64,000 nt of DNA from an uncultured delta proteobacterium. Lineage in GTDB: Bacteria > Desulfobacterota > Binatia > UBA9968. This document shows, piece by piece, positions 23,754 through 32,771 of the stretch; positions within the stretch are counted from its first letter, which is position 1; each line of letters begins with the position of its first letter. The notes under the pieces are model-generated. The model saw nothing but the letters and a program-made list of their open reading frames with translations. It was not told the origin of the DNA and searched no databases. The position numbers were made by a program, and so were the translations under genes. The stretch covers positions 320,001 to 384,000 of the forward strand of contig CAVYTU010000013.1 of NCBI GenBank assembly GCA_963771465.1. Direction: 5' to 3'.

Positions 23754-24515
23754 TTGCCGGGTATTCAAGGACTGGTCGGCGGCAGTTTTCATTTTAGCCA
23801 AATCCTCGGCCAAGGCGCCGGCGCGATCCTGCGCGGTTTGCCGCTAAAGATTTCAATGGTCTTCGACACCCGCCCGCTCAACTGGCTTTACGCCAGTAAG
23901 AACATCAAAACGATTCAAGAACTCAGAGGCGGCAAACAGGTCGCGGTGTCAAGCTTCGGCGCAGCGCTCGATCAAATGACCCGCGAGTTGCTCGCGAAAC
24001 ACGGCGTCGATCCCCAGCGCGATGTAGTCCTACGCGCTATCGAACCGACGCCCAATCGGCTCGCCGCATTGCTGACCGGCGTCGTCGACGCCAGCGTGCT
24101 CAATCAGCTCGACCGTTTGATCGCCAAGAAGAATGGCTTCAACGAGCTGCTCTTTTACGGCGACGATCTGGAGTTCGTTACCGCCGGCATCGTCGTGGCG
24201 GAAAAAACGCTGACGCAAAACCCGGAAATGGTGCGTCGCTTTGTGCGCGGCACCTTGCGCGGTTTTCACTGGCTCAAGTCGAGCGTGGCGCGCTTTGCGG
24301 CGGCGATGAAGGTCAGCGAAAGCGAAGCCACCGATGTTTACAAGGCTGCTCTCCGGGTCATGTCCACGGACGGCACAATAGCGGCCGGCCTGCAGGAAAA
24401 AATGATCGCCCTCCAGCGCCGCTCGCTCAAGGTCGAGCGCGACGTCCTACCCGAGCAAGTCTATGACTTCACGATTGTCCGTGCCATCAATGATGAATTA
24501 CGCAAAAATCGCTGA
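23754..24515 (+). pseudogene. NitT/TauT (NMT1-like) solute-binding protein, apparently 5'-truncated
   Basis: VAVSSFGA, HGVDPQRDV, RLAALLTGVVDA; no signal peptide or N-terminal lobe segment. Confidence 0.6.
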
Positions 24516-24609
24516 CCTAGGACCGATTACCATTTTAGATCCTTCACTCTCCAAGGTACATCCATCCATAGAAACCGATCACTCCAACAGTCCAATGCAC
24601 CTTTCAAGC

Positions 24610-24638
24610 TTGACTTGACACCGGGCATCACCGATACT
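24610..24638 (+). promoter_or_regulatory. Candidate sigma70 promoter of the amidase-actin operon
   Basis: TTGACT-N17-GATACT, ending 37 bp before the amidase ATG. Confidence 0.4.
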
Positions 24639-24675
24639 TTTTGAGTTCGCGATTCCCTTTTCAACAAATCAAGCG

Positions 24676-25683
24676 ATGGCGACGGTCGACGAAACCAAGT
24701 CTCGGCTCCTGCGTGGAGTGGTGCAGGATAATATCGATGTGCTGCAAAACGTTAAGGCGCGGCGCCTTAACCGGCGCAAGCGATCTGTCCATCCGTGGAT
24801 TCTCGCTGGCTTGCTGTTGGCGCTAGGCGCCTACGTAATTCAACCCGCATTGCTAGTTTCCACTGCGCCGACGCCCGCTGGCAGCTCCGTCGCGTTGGCA
24901 ACCAGCGCCGTAACGCCGACCGACATCGACCTGACCCCGGAATTGTCCGCGCCGCTGACTAATCCTCGGCCCATCGACCGCGCAGCGATACCGCTCGCGA
25001 TCAAGCGAATCGTCATCGATCCGGGCCACGGCGGCGAGCCCGGCGCAATGTCCGAGTCCGGCGTCGCGGAAAAGGAAATTACTCTGGACGTGGCGCTGCG
25101 GTTGCGCCGTTTGATGGCCCATGATCCCTATGAAGTCCTGCTCACGCGCGAAACCGACCGTCTGATGTCCCTCGACAAGCGCGTCAACTTCGCCAACCAG
25201 CGCAAGGCCGATCTGTTCGTGTCAATCCATGCAAATTGGATGGAGCCGAAAACCATCCGCGCCTTGGAAACTTACTACATCGGACCCACCGACGATCCGG
25301 CGACATTGAAGTTGGCGAGCATGGAAAATAAGGGCTCCGGCTATTCGCTGTCGGATTACAAACAAATTCTTGAGAAAATTTATGTCGATGCCAGACACGA
25401 CGAGTCGCGCGCGCTGGCGAAATCAATTCAGACTAAGCTTTTTCGCTCGCTCAAACTGGTCAATCCCGTGCTCGAGAACCGCGGCGTCAAAACCGCGCCG
25501 TTCGTCGTACTGATCGGCACACAGATGCCCGCTATTTTGGTGGAGATCGCCTGCTTATCCAATGAGGATGAGGTTAAGTTGTTGACAAAAGAGGATTATC
25601 GCGAAAATATCGCCCTGGCTTTGGTGCAGGGCATCCGCAGCTACGCGGCGAGCCTCAATGCACCTAACAGGAAAGGCAGTTAA
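24676..25683 (+). CDS. N-acetylmuramoyl-L-alanine amidase (Amidase_3) with N-terminal membrane anchor
   Basis: IVIDPGHGG, EKEITL, FVSIHAN, PAILVEIACLSN; hydrophobic WILAGLLLALGAYVI after a basic stretch. Confidence 0.93.
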   Translation: MATVDETKSRLLRGVVQDNIDVLQNVKARRLNRRKRSVHPWILAGLLLALGAYVIQPALLVSTAPTPAGSSVALATSAVTPTDIDLTPELSAPLTNPRPIDRAAIPLAIKRIVIDPGHGGEPGAMSESGVAEKEITLDVALRLRRLMAHDPYEVLLTRETDRLMSLDKRVNFANQRKADLFVSIHANWMEPKTIRALETYYIGPTDDPATLKLASMENKGSGYSLSDYKQILEKIYVDARHDESRALAKSIQTKLFRSLKLVNPVLENRGVKTAPFVVLIGTQMPAILVEIACLSNEDEVKLLTKEDYRENIALALVQGIRSYAASLNAPNRKGS

Positions 25684-25686
25684 CTC

Positions 25687-26718
25687 ATGGAAGAAACCAA
25701 TGAAACCCTCTGTGTCGGCATCGATCTCGGCACTTCGCGCAGTTCTATTTCCGCATCCAATGGTCAGCGTCACGTCGTCGACAGCTACGTCGGCTGGCCG
25801 GTGGACATGGTGGCGCGCAAGCTGGTCAAAAAAACCGTCCTGGTCGGCCGCGATGCGCTCGACAACCGGTCGATGCTCGACCTGCGCCGGCCGCTTGAGC
25901 GCGGCGTGATGAAAGAAGGTTCGGAAAAAGATCAAGAAGCGGTGCAAGAAATTCTCCGTCATCTGATCGATGTCGCCGGTATCAAACAGAAGGGCAAGGG
26001 TAAAACCAAAGTGCGCGCCGTGGTGGGTGTGCCGGCCGAAGCGTTCCGCGTCAGCCGGCAAAACTTGCGCAACACCATGGAAGGCATCGCCGACAGTGTG
26101 ATGTTGGTTTCCGAACCCTTCGCCGTGGCGTATGGGCTAGAGGCGCTGCTGCACGCGCTGGTGATCGATATCGGCGCCGGCACCGCCGATTTTTGCGTCA
26201 TGCAGGGCCGCTATCCGACCGAAGAGGATCAACGGACGCTGCCCAATGCCGGTGATTCCATTGACGAACAGCTAACAAAACTCATTTCGGAGCGACATCC
26301 GGAAGCGCAGTTTTCGATCCACATGATTCGCGAGTGGAAGGAACGGTGGAGCTTTGTCGGCGAGCCTAAAAGCCGCGTCGTGGTCAGCGCGCCGGTGAAG
26401 GGGAAGCCGACCGAACTCGACATCACCGACGAGATGCGTACCGCCTGCGAGAGCATATTGTCGCCGGTTTGCGAAACTGCCGTGGATTTGCTTTCCAAGG
26501 TCGAACCGGAGTTCCAGGACAAGGTGCGGAACAACATCATACTTGCCGGTGGCACGTCGCTGATTTCGGGCTTTGCCGAGGTGATCCAGAAATCGCTTAT
26601 GGAATTCGGCGGCGGCCGCGCCGTGGTGGTCAAAGATCCTGTGTTCGCCGGCTCTGACGGCAGTCTCGCCATCGCGCGCGATGCGTCGAGCGCAGATTGG
26701 GAGAAACTCTCACTATAA
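25687..26718 (+). CDS. mamK: MamK-family actin-like ATPase (MamK-like; magnetosome role not implied)
   Basis: GIDLGTS, VVGVPA, VSEPFAVAYGL, IDIGAGTADFC, ERHPE, WSFVG, GKP, NIILAGG, KDPVFAG..W match magnetosome MamK as I recall it, more than MreB. Confidence 0.85.
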   Translation: MEETNETLCVGIDLGTSRSSISASNGQRHVVDSYVGWPVDMVARKLVKKTVLVGRDALDNRSMLDLRRPLERGVMKEGSEKDQEAVQEILRHLIDVAGIKQKGKGKTKVRAVVGVPAEAFRVSRQNLRNTMEGIADSVMLVSEPFAVAYGLEALLHALVIDIGAGTADFCVMQGRYPTEEDQRTLPNAGDSIDEQLTKLISERHPEAQFSIHMIREWKERWSFVGEPKSRVVVSAPVKGKPTELDITDEMRTACESILSPVCETAVDLLSKVEPEFQDKVRNNIILAGGTSLISGFAEVIQKSLMEFGGGRAVVVKDPVFAGSDGSLAIARDASSADWEKLSL

Positions 26719-26815
26719 TTCGTCGTCGCCGTGGGATCACTCGAACTGCAATTGCGGCAACTCGACGCGCCGATGAATTGGGGCGCTTGAATCATCGAGA
26801 ACCGACGCAGTCACT

Positions 26816-27124
26816 ATGGAAGAATTGATTCCCGATCTGGTCATTTTCATTGCTGGCACCGCCGTGGGGATGCTAATTGCATTAATCGTTCCCGGTCTCT
26901 CCGCCACCGAGAAGAAAACCAGCGAGCTAGTTGCCGCGCGCCGGCGCATGCTTGCCGATATCAAAGAGAAACACCACGAGGAGATTCTCGATCAAGCATT
27001 TCGCACCACCGAAGCGATCCGTGGCGAGCTCGACAAGTCAGTGACCACCTTGCGCAAAACTTTGGATGCCGTGCTGCCGTCCGGTTCAGATCATCCGAGC
27101 GGGCAGAGGAAACCCGCTGGTTAA
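26816..27124 (+). CDS. Small single-pass membrane protein with predicted helical/coiled-coil C-terminus
   Basis: LVIFIAGTAVGMLIALIVP followed by a charged helical segment; co-oriented with the actin gene. Confidence 0.7.
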   Translation: MEELIPDLVIFIAGTAVGMLIALIVPGLSATEKKTSELVAARRRMLADIKEKHHEEILDQAFRTTEAIRGELDKSVTTLRKTLDAVLPSGSDHPSGQRKPAG

Positions 27125-27274
27125 TTTTCTCGACCCCTGAAGCCGAATTGATCCCTATCACCGTTGGGCGCGTACTGAGCAAAGTTGTCCGATGAGAACT
27201 CAACAATTGGCAGGGAAATCACTGCGAATGAAGGAGTGTTGGCAGCCACGTTTGTGCTGCTGCCGCTAAAACAT

Positions 27275-28201
27275 ATGGCTGAAGATGTCATTAAGCTTGG
27301 GTTGTTCAATCAGGACGCGGCGATCATCGCGGCGAACAAAAAGGGCTTTCTCAAACAAGAAAACATCCAGGTCGAGATCAACACGGTCACCGACTCGCCG
27401 ACTTTGCTGCGCAATTTGATCAGCGGCCGATATGACCTGATCTTAAACAACGCCGACAACGTCATTGCCTGGGCCGAAGGCCAGGGCGAGGACCCGCAGA
27501 AAAACGATTTTGTGATTTTTCTCGGCGGCAGCCAAGGAGTCGATCAAAAGCTTGTCGTCGCCCCGGGAATTAACGACTACCAAGACATCAAAGGCAAACT
27601 CTTGGCCGCCGACGCCGTCACCACCGGTTACGCCGTTGTCGCCATGGCCATCTTAAAGAAATATGGATTGCTATGGAATCGCGACTACACCATGAAATCT
27701 TTCGGCAACACCACGGCGCGCGCCGACGCCATGAGCCGCGGCGATGCCGCCGGCGCTATGATGAGCATGCCCACTGAAGAAATCCAGAAACGAGGATTCA
27801 AAGTTCTCGCCGAAGCGAAAGATCATGTTAAACACTACGCCCGCGGACTCGGCGCCACCCGCCGCGAATGGGCTAATGCAAATGAAGATCTGGTGGTGCG
27901 CTTCACCCGCGCCCTGATCCGCGCCACCGACTGGCTGCAAGACGCCAAGAATAAAGACGAGGCCATCGAACTGCTGCTCGGCGAAACCAATAGCAACAAA
28001 GCGCGCGCCGTGGCGATGTACGAATCGACGCTCAGCCCGACTATGGGTTTGACGGCGCGCAGCCGCATCGACATGGAAGGCATCCGCACGGTGATCGAGC
28101 TGCGCGAGACCGCCGGCCTGATGAAACCGCCGGTGCCAAAGCCGGAAAAGTACGTCGACGAGCGGTTCTATAGTAAAGCGCTGGCGACATTGGCGCGGTA
28201 A
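27275..28201 (+). CDS. NMT1/THI5-like solute-binding protein
   Basis: KKGFLKQENIQVE, DIKGKLLAADAVTTGYA, YVDERF; start uncertain (27185-27275). Confidence 0.85.
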   Translation: MAEDVIKLGLFNQDAAIIAANKKGFLKQENIQVEINTVTDSPTLLRNLISGRYDLILNNADNVIAWAEGQGEDPQKNDFVIFLGGSQGVDQKLVVAPGINDYQDIKGKLLAADAVTTGYAVVAMAILKKYGLLWNRDYTMKSFGNTTARADAMSRGDAAGAMMSMPTEEIQKRGFKVLAEAKDHVKHYARGLGATRREWANANEDLVVRFTRALIRATDWLQDAKNKDEAIELLLGETNSNKARAVAMYESTLSPTMGLTARSRIDMEGIRTVIELRETAGLMKPPVPKPEKYVDERFYSKALATLAR

Positions 28202-28252
28202 GTGCCGACGCAAACTAGTCCTACGGCAATTTGGCTTGGGGGTTAATCGAAC

Positions 28253-28341
28253 AAAATCTCCCCTAACCCCTCTTTTTCAAAGAGGGGAAAACTCGAATTC
28301 TGAGTTTCCCCCTTTGAAAAAGGGGGACCAAGGGGGATTTT
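28253..28341. repeat. REP-like multi-hairpin intergenic element
   Basis: CCCCTCTTT-TTC-AAAGAGGGG, AAACTC..GAGTTT and CCCCCTTT-GAA-AAAGGGGG inside a closing stem AAAATCTCCC/GGGGGATTTT. Confidence 0.8.
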
Positions 28342-28431
28342 CTCATGAGCGAGCTAAAATTTTCGCTTGCGTGTCCACACCAAGTTTGGCTAACTTCTCC
28401 ACTTCAATGAAACAACTCACGGAGGTGACCC

Positions 28432-29070
28432 TTGTTCGAACTCGCCGGTAGAAAAATCGCCAACACGTTGGACGAGTTGATCGAACCCGGGCGCGTGGCG
28501 TTGCTGCTGTGGGACATGGAGTACGGCATCGCGCCGCATGCATTTAACTACCAGCAGGTTTTGCCAAACTTGCAAAGCCTTTCGGCTACCGCGCGCCGAG
28601 TTGGCGTGCCGGTTTTCTATTCAATCCAGCAAGGTTTCGATCTCGCCAAAGAAGAAGCCGGCGTGTGGGTGCGCATCCGCATGAGACGCGCCAACACCAA
28701 CGACCCGAACCAGCTATTGAAACAGAAAGAGAATCCCCACGACAGCGTGATTGTCGAACCACTCAAACCGCAACCGCAGGACAGCGTCTTTCACAAACGC
28801 CGTCCCGATGGCTTTGTTGGCACCGACTTCGATCTCATGCTGCGCAGCAAAGGCGTCAAAACCATCGTGATCGGCGGCGTCGCCACCGAGGGCGGCGTCG
28901 AAGGCACGGCGCGCAGCGCGCGCAATCTTGGTTACGACGTGGTCGTGCTGCGCGACGGCGTCGGCTCGCGCAATCCCGATTTGCATGAAATGGCCTTGAA
29001 GCTAATGCAGCAAACCTTTTTCGACGTGGTTAGCACAGCGGAGGTCGCCGCGATATGGGTGAAAGCATGA
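28432..29070 (+). CDS. Cysteine hydrolase/isochorismatase family protein
   Basis: ALLLWDM, KRRPDGFVGTDFDLMLRSKGV, GVATEGGVEGTAR. Confidence 0.9.
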   Translation: MFELAGRKIANTLDELIEPGRVALLLWDMEYGIAPHAFNYQQVLPNLQSLSATARRVGVPVFYSIQQGFDLAKEEAGVWVRIRMRRANTNDPNQLLKQKENPHDSVIVEPLKPQPQDSVFHKRRPDGFVGTDFDLMLRSKGVKTIVIGGVATEGGVEGTARSARNLGYDVVVLRDGVGSRNPDLHEMALKLMQQTFFDVVSTAEVAAIWVKA

Positions 29071-30062
29071 GGACTGAGTCAAGAACGACACTTTGCTTGA
29101 TCGTGCTTTTGCTCGAATCTCTCAGCTCAATGCTTTACGCCGCGGATGAGAAGACGATTGAACTGGCGAAAAAAGAAGGCCGGGTCAGCTTCTACACTTC
29201 GATGGGCGCCGATGAGACCAAGATGGTCGCTGACGCCTTCCAGGCGAAGTATCCTGGTATTCGCGTCGAGATCACTCGGCTTGGCAGTGAAAAGCTATTG
29301 CAGAGAATCATCACTGAGAGCCGCGCCGGCAGCCATCTTTTCGATGCCGTCACCAACAGCGGTATGGAAATCCATATGCTCGGCAAGATGAAGCTGCTCG
29401 CGCGTCATTTCCCGCCGGAATTTTCACAGTTCATGCCGGACTCGCGCGACGCCGCCTTCGGTTGGGCCGACATGTATTCCAATCTCCGGCTTGTCGCGTT
29501 CAATACCCGCATGGTGCCGAAGGACAAAATTCCGCGGCGCTACGAAGACTTAACCGACCCGATGTGGAAAGGCCAAATTGGCTTTCCCGAGGGTCAATTT
29601 TCCTGGTTCGCGACTGTGATGAAAACGATGGGAGACGAAGCGGGGAGAAAGTTTTTCCAGGGACTGGCGCGGCAAAATTTGCACTTTCGCAATTCGCAGG
29701 TGCTGGTCACTCAGTTCGTGGCTGCCGGCGAGTTTAGCCTTGGCTTTGTCTATGACACCCAAGTCTTGCGCTTCAAAAAACGCGGCGCGCCGCTCGATAT
29801 CGCGCCGATGCCGTTCATCACCAAAAATATTCATCCGCTCGCCCTCGCCGCCCACGCGCCCCGTCCCAACGCCGGCAAAGTTTTCATCGACTATGTTTTG
29901 TCCAAAGAGGGGCAAATGCTGATCAAAAACATGGGCCGGGTAATCTCGCGCAGCGATATTCCCCAGGAAGATTTCGCCCGCGCCAAAATCATCTCCGAAG
30001 ACCCCGCCATCGCCGACCGGCTGAATCCCGTGATGGAGGAGTATAAGAGATATTTGCATTGA
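29067..30062 (+). CDS. ABC transporter solute-binding protein (Fe3+-like family)
   Basis: Signal peptide, AKKEGRVSFY, FNTRMV, APRPNAGKVFIDY. Confidence 0.9.
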   Translation: MRTESRTTLCLIVLLLESLSSMLYAADEKTIELAKKEGRVSFYTSMGADETKMVADAFQAKYPGIRVEITRLGSEKLLQRIITESRAGSHLFDAVTNSGMEIHMLGKMKLLARHFPPEFSQFMPDSRDAAFGWADMYSNLRLVAFNTRMVPKDKIPRRYEDLTDPMWKGQIGFPEGQFSWFATVMKTMGDEAGRKFFQGLARQNLHFRNSQVLVTQFVAAGEFSLGFVYDTQVLRFKKRGAPLDIAPMPFITKNIHPLALAAHAPRPNAGKVFIDYVLSKEGQMLIKNMGRVISRSDIPQEDFARAKIISEDPAIADRLNPVMEEYKRYLH

Positions 30063-30320
30063 ACGCGGGCCAACGGCCTCTGCTCCGACGTCGATCCAAT
30101 GGACGGAGTCGAAAATTTAGCGACCAGCAGTTTCATGATTCGAGTTTCTTGCCGAAATTGAATTGATTTCCGCGCAGCCGGTTTCCCAAGCTGGCTACTG
30201 AGTAAGGTCATTCCAAAAGCTTCGAGAGTCCGTCATACCCGAGCGCGGCTACTAGCTTGTAAAACTTCAGGTGCAGGAATAAGTAAGAGTGATATTGAAG
30301 ATCTGAAATAGGACGCACGC

Positions 30321-31565
30321 ATGTCTGTACGACAAAAATTTTCAAATCAGATTCGCGAGTTACGCCAAACCGATTCCATTCTCTGGATGATCGCGTTGGG
30401 CCATACCTTCACCCACTGGTGTCCCGCCACATTCTATTTGCTGCTGCCGTTCTTGGTAAAAGAAATGGGCCTCACCTATAGCCAAGCCGGCTTTCTGGTG
30501 ACGATCCGGGCCGCGGCCAATCTATTGATCAACATTCCAGCCGGCATGCTCGTCGATTTGATCGGCAAGAAGGCTTTGCTCATGGCGCTGGCGCTGGTTG
30601 CCACCGGCGTGCCGTACTTTCTCGTCGGCATCAGTCAAAATTATTTTTGGATCGCTTTATTCATGGCGTTCGTCGGTGTCGGCAATTATCTGTGGCACCC
30701 GGCGGCGATCTCGACTCTTTCGGAGAAGTATCCCGACAAGCGCGGCTTCGCCATCGCGATCCACGCCATGGGACCCAACGTCGGCGAAAGCATCGCGCCG
30801 CTTTTGGTCGGTGTTTTATTGCTCTATATGTCCTGGAGAAACGTTCTGTTTCTAAACTTGATTCCCGGTGTCGTGATCGCTTTCGTGCTGTGGAAGTATC
30901 TTTTTGGCAAGCTCGGATCACGTGCCGAGTCTAAAAAAGGCCTGTCTGCCACGGAGTATTTCTCCGGCATGAAAAAGTTAGCGCAGAACCCGAGTATCTT
31001 GCTGCTCGTCTTGGTCGCCGGAATGCGCTCGATGACCCAGCAGGGACTGCACACGTTCTTGCCGATCTATCTGACCAACGACCTCGGCCTGTCGAGCGCG
31101 GTGGCCGGACTTTATCTTTCCGTGGTTCAGACCGCGGGCATGATCGGCACGCCGATCGCCGGCAGCATTTCCGATCGCAGCGGCAGAAAGCGCGTACTCA
31201 GCGCAGGACTTCTTTCGACGAGCGTTGTCCTCGTCGTCCTTGCCTACTTTCGTTTGAACTGGTTGTTTGTCTCGGGTCTGGCGATCCTCGGCTTCTTTCT
31301 CTACGCCGTGCGTCCAGTCATATGGGCTTGGGTTCTCGACCTGAGTCCCAAAGAAGTTGGCGGCAGCACGGTGAGTTTTTTCTCCGGCTCGCAGTCGCTG
31401 CTAAGCTCGGTTTCGCCGTGGCTCTGCGGGCTGATCGCCGACCGCTGGGGCATTCTCGCCGCATTCTATTTTCTCGCCGGCACGGTGTTCGTCGCTAACC
31501 TGGTCGTGCTGGCGATCCGAGAAGAAGCTAAGGAATCGCCGGCGCTGGTCGAGGAGCCCGCTTGA
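30321..31565 (+). CDS. MFS transporter (Fsr-like)
   Basis: WHPAA, GSISDRSGRKR, about 12 hydrophobic segments. Confidence 0.9.
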   Translation: MSVRQKFSNQIRELRQTDSILWMIALGHTFTHWCPATFYLLLPFLVKEMGLTYSQAGFLVTIRAAANLLINIPAGMLVDLIGKKALLMALALVATGVPYFLVGISQNYFWIALFMAFVGVGNYLWHPAAISTLSEKYPDKRGFAIAIHAMGPNVGESIAPLLVGVLLLYMSWRNVLFLNLIPGVVIAFVLWKYLFGKLGSRAESKKGLSATEYFSGMKKLAQNPSILLLVLVAGMRSMTQQGLHTFLPIYLTNDLGLSSAVAGLYLSVVQTAGMIGTPIAGSISDRSGRKRVLSAGLLSTSVVLVVLAYFRLNWLFVSGLAILGFFLYAVRPVIWAWVLDLSPKEVGGSTVSFFSGSQSLLSSVSPWLCGLIADRWGILAAFYFLAGTVFVANLVVLAIREEAKESPALVEEPA

Positions 31566-31638
31566 AACCAACCGATCGAATCGATTAAAAATTAATCGGG
31601 TCGCGCGCAGCGGGCCATTCAAAAGGAGAGATACTCAA

Positions 31639-32703
31639 ATGGATTGCCGTTTAAATCATTCAGCACACTTGTTCGCGATCGTCTTTGTTTTCGCGTTGCT
31701 ATTCCATACCTCTCCAGCATTCGCCCAGGCGCCATTCTACCAGGGAAAAACCATCACCGTACTGCAAGGCCGCGAGCCCGGCGGCACCGGCGATCTGCGC
31801 GCGCGTGCGACAACGCAATTTCTACAAAAATATATTCCGGGTAATCCGACCATCATTCATGAATTCATGGGTGGGGGCGGCGGGCTCAGAGCGGCAAACC
31901 ATATGTTTGCCGTCGCCAAGCCCGACGGCCTCAACATCGGCAGCGTGAGCTCGGGCATGCTCAGTAGCGCAATCCTCGGCAGTGCCGGCGTCAAGTATCA
32001 ATTCGAAAAATTTAACTACCTAGGCGCGGCGGATGCCGGCGGGCATTATGTTTTCTATACTCGTAAGGAAACCGGCACCAACAATTTGGAAAAGCTGCGT
32101 GCTGCAACCGGCATCCGCATCGGCGCGCAATCGATCGGCCACAGTAATTATAATTTGGCGCGGCTCATCGCCTTTCTGTTGCCTTTGAAGGATGCGCGGT
32201 TTGTGACCGGCTATTCGAGTCCGGAGATTGACGCGGCGGTTTTGCGCGGAGAACTGGACTCGAGATTCAACCAGTCGCACACCATCCTGCAGCGATTTCC
32301 GGAATGGCTAGACAAGGGGCTGATGGATTTTCATGCTGTCTTGGAAATCCCCAGAGGCGACAAACACCCAAGGTTTGCCAATCTGCCCGAGCTGGAAAGT
32401 TTCGCCAAAACGGAAAGAGAGCGCCAGCTGCTGCAGCTGCTGCGTGGTTTCCGCTTGTCCGGCTCGCCCTTTATCGCGCCGCCGGGGACGCCGCGCGACC
32501 TTGTGACGATTCTGCAAGACGCCATGACCAAAGCTTTCAAAGACCCCGAGTTCCCCGTGGTGTTCAAAAAAATGGTCGGTGACGATGCCGAAATTGTTTT
32601 TCCGGCGGTGATGGACAAAGGCATTAAAGAGTTGCCACGCAATCCCGAGGTTATCGAACTTTTTACCAAAATCGCCGGGCCCAACCCGTTGCCGCCTCGT
32701 TGA
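31639..32703 (+). CDS. Tripartite tricarboxylate transporter substrate-binding protein (Bug/TctC-like)
   Basis: FYQGKTITV, PGGTGD, AKPDGL, APPGTP, DPEF. Confidence 0.88.
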   Translation: MDCRLNHSAHLFAIVFVFALLFHTSPAFAQAPFYQGKTITVLQGREPGGTGDLRARATTQFLQKYIPGNPTIIHEFMGGGGGLRAANHMFAVAKPDGLNIGSVSSGMLSSAILGSAGVKYQFEKFNYLGAADAGGHYVFYTRKETGTNNLEKLRAATGIRIGAQSIGHSNYNLARLIAFLLPLKDARFVTGYSSPEIDAAVLRGELDSRFNQSHTILQRFPEWLDKGLMDFHAVLEIPRGDKHPRFANLPELESFAKTERERQLLQLLRGFRLSGSPFIAPPGTPRDLVTILQDAMTKAFKDPEFPVVFKKMVGDDAEIVFPAVMDKGIKELPRNPEVIELFTKIAGPNPLPPR

Positions 32704-32771
32704 TATCGTCGCCGTCGCCGCTAGCGCCGCGACAAAGGCAAAATCGCCGGCGCATTTTTGAAGGAGTAAAC

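Noticed and set aside
25687-26718. Magnetosome island or housekeeping mreB
   Set aside because: No other mam/mms/mad genes and no mreC/mreD in the window; motifs fit MamK-like better than MreB.
28236-28451. 71-aa ORF (SPLTPLFQRG..PPLKKG)
   Set aside because: It is a translation of the palindromic repeat element.
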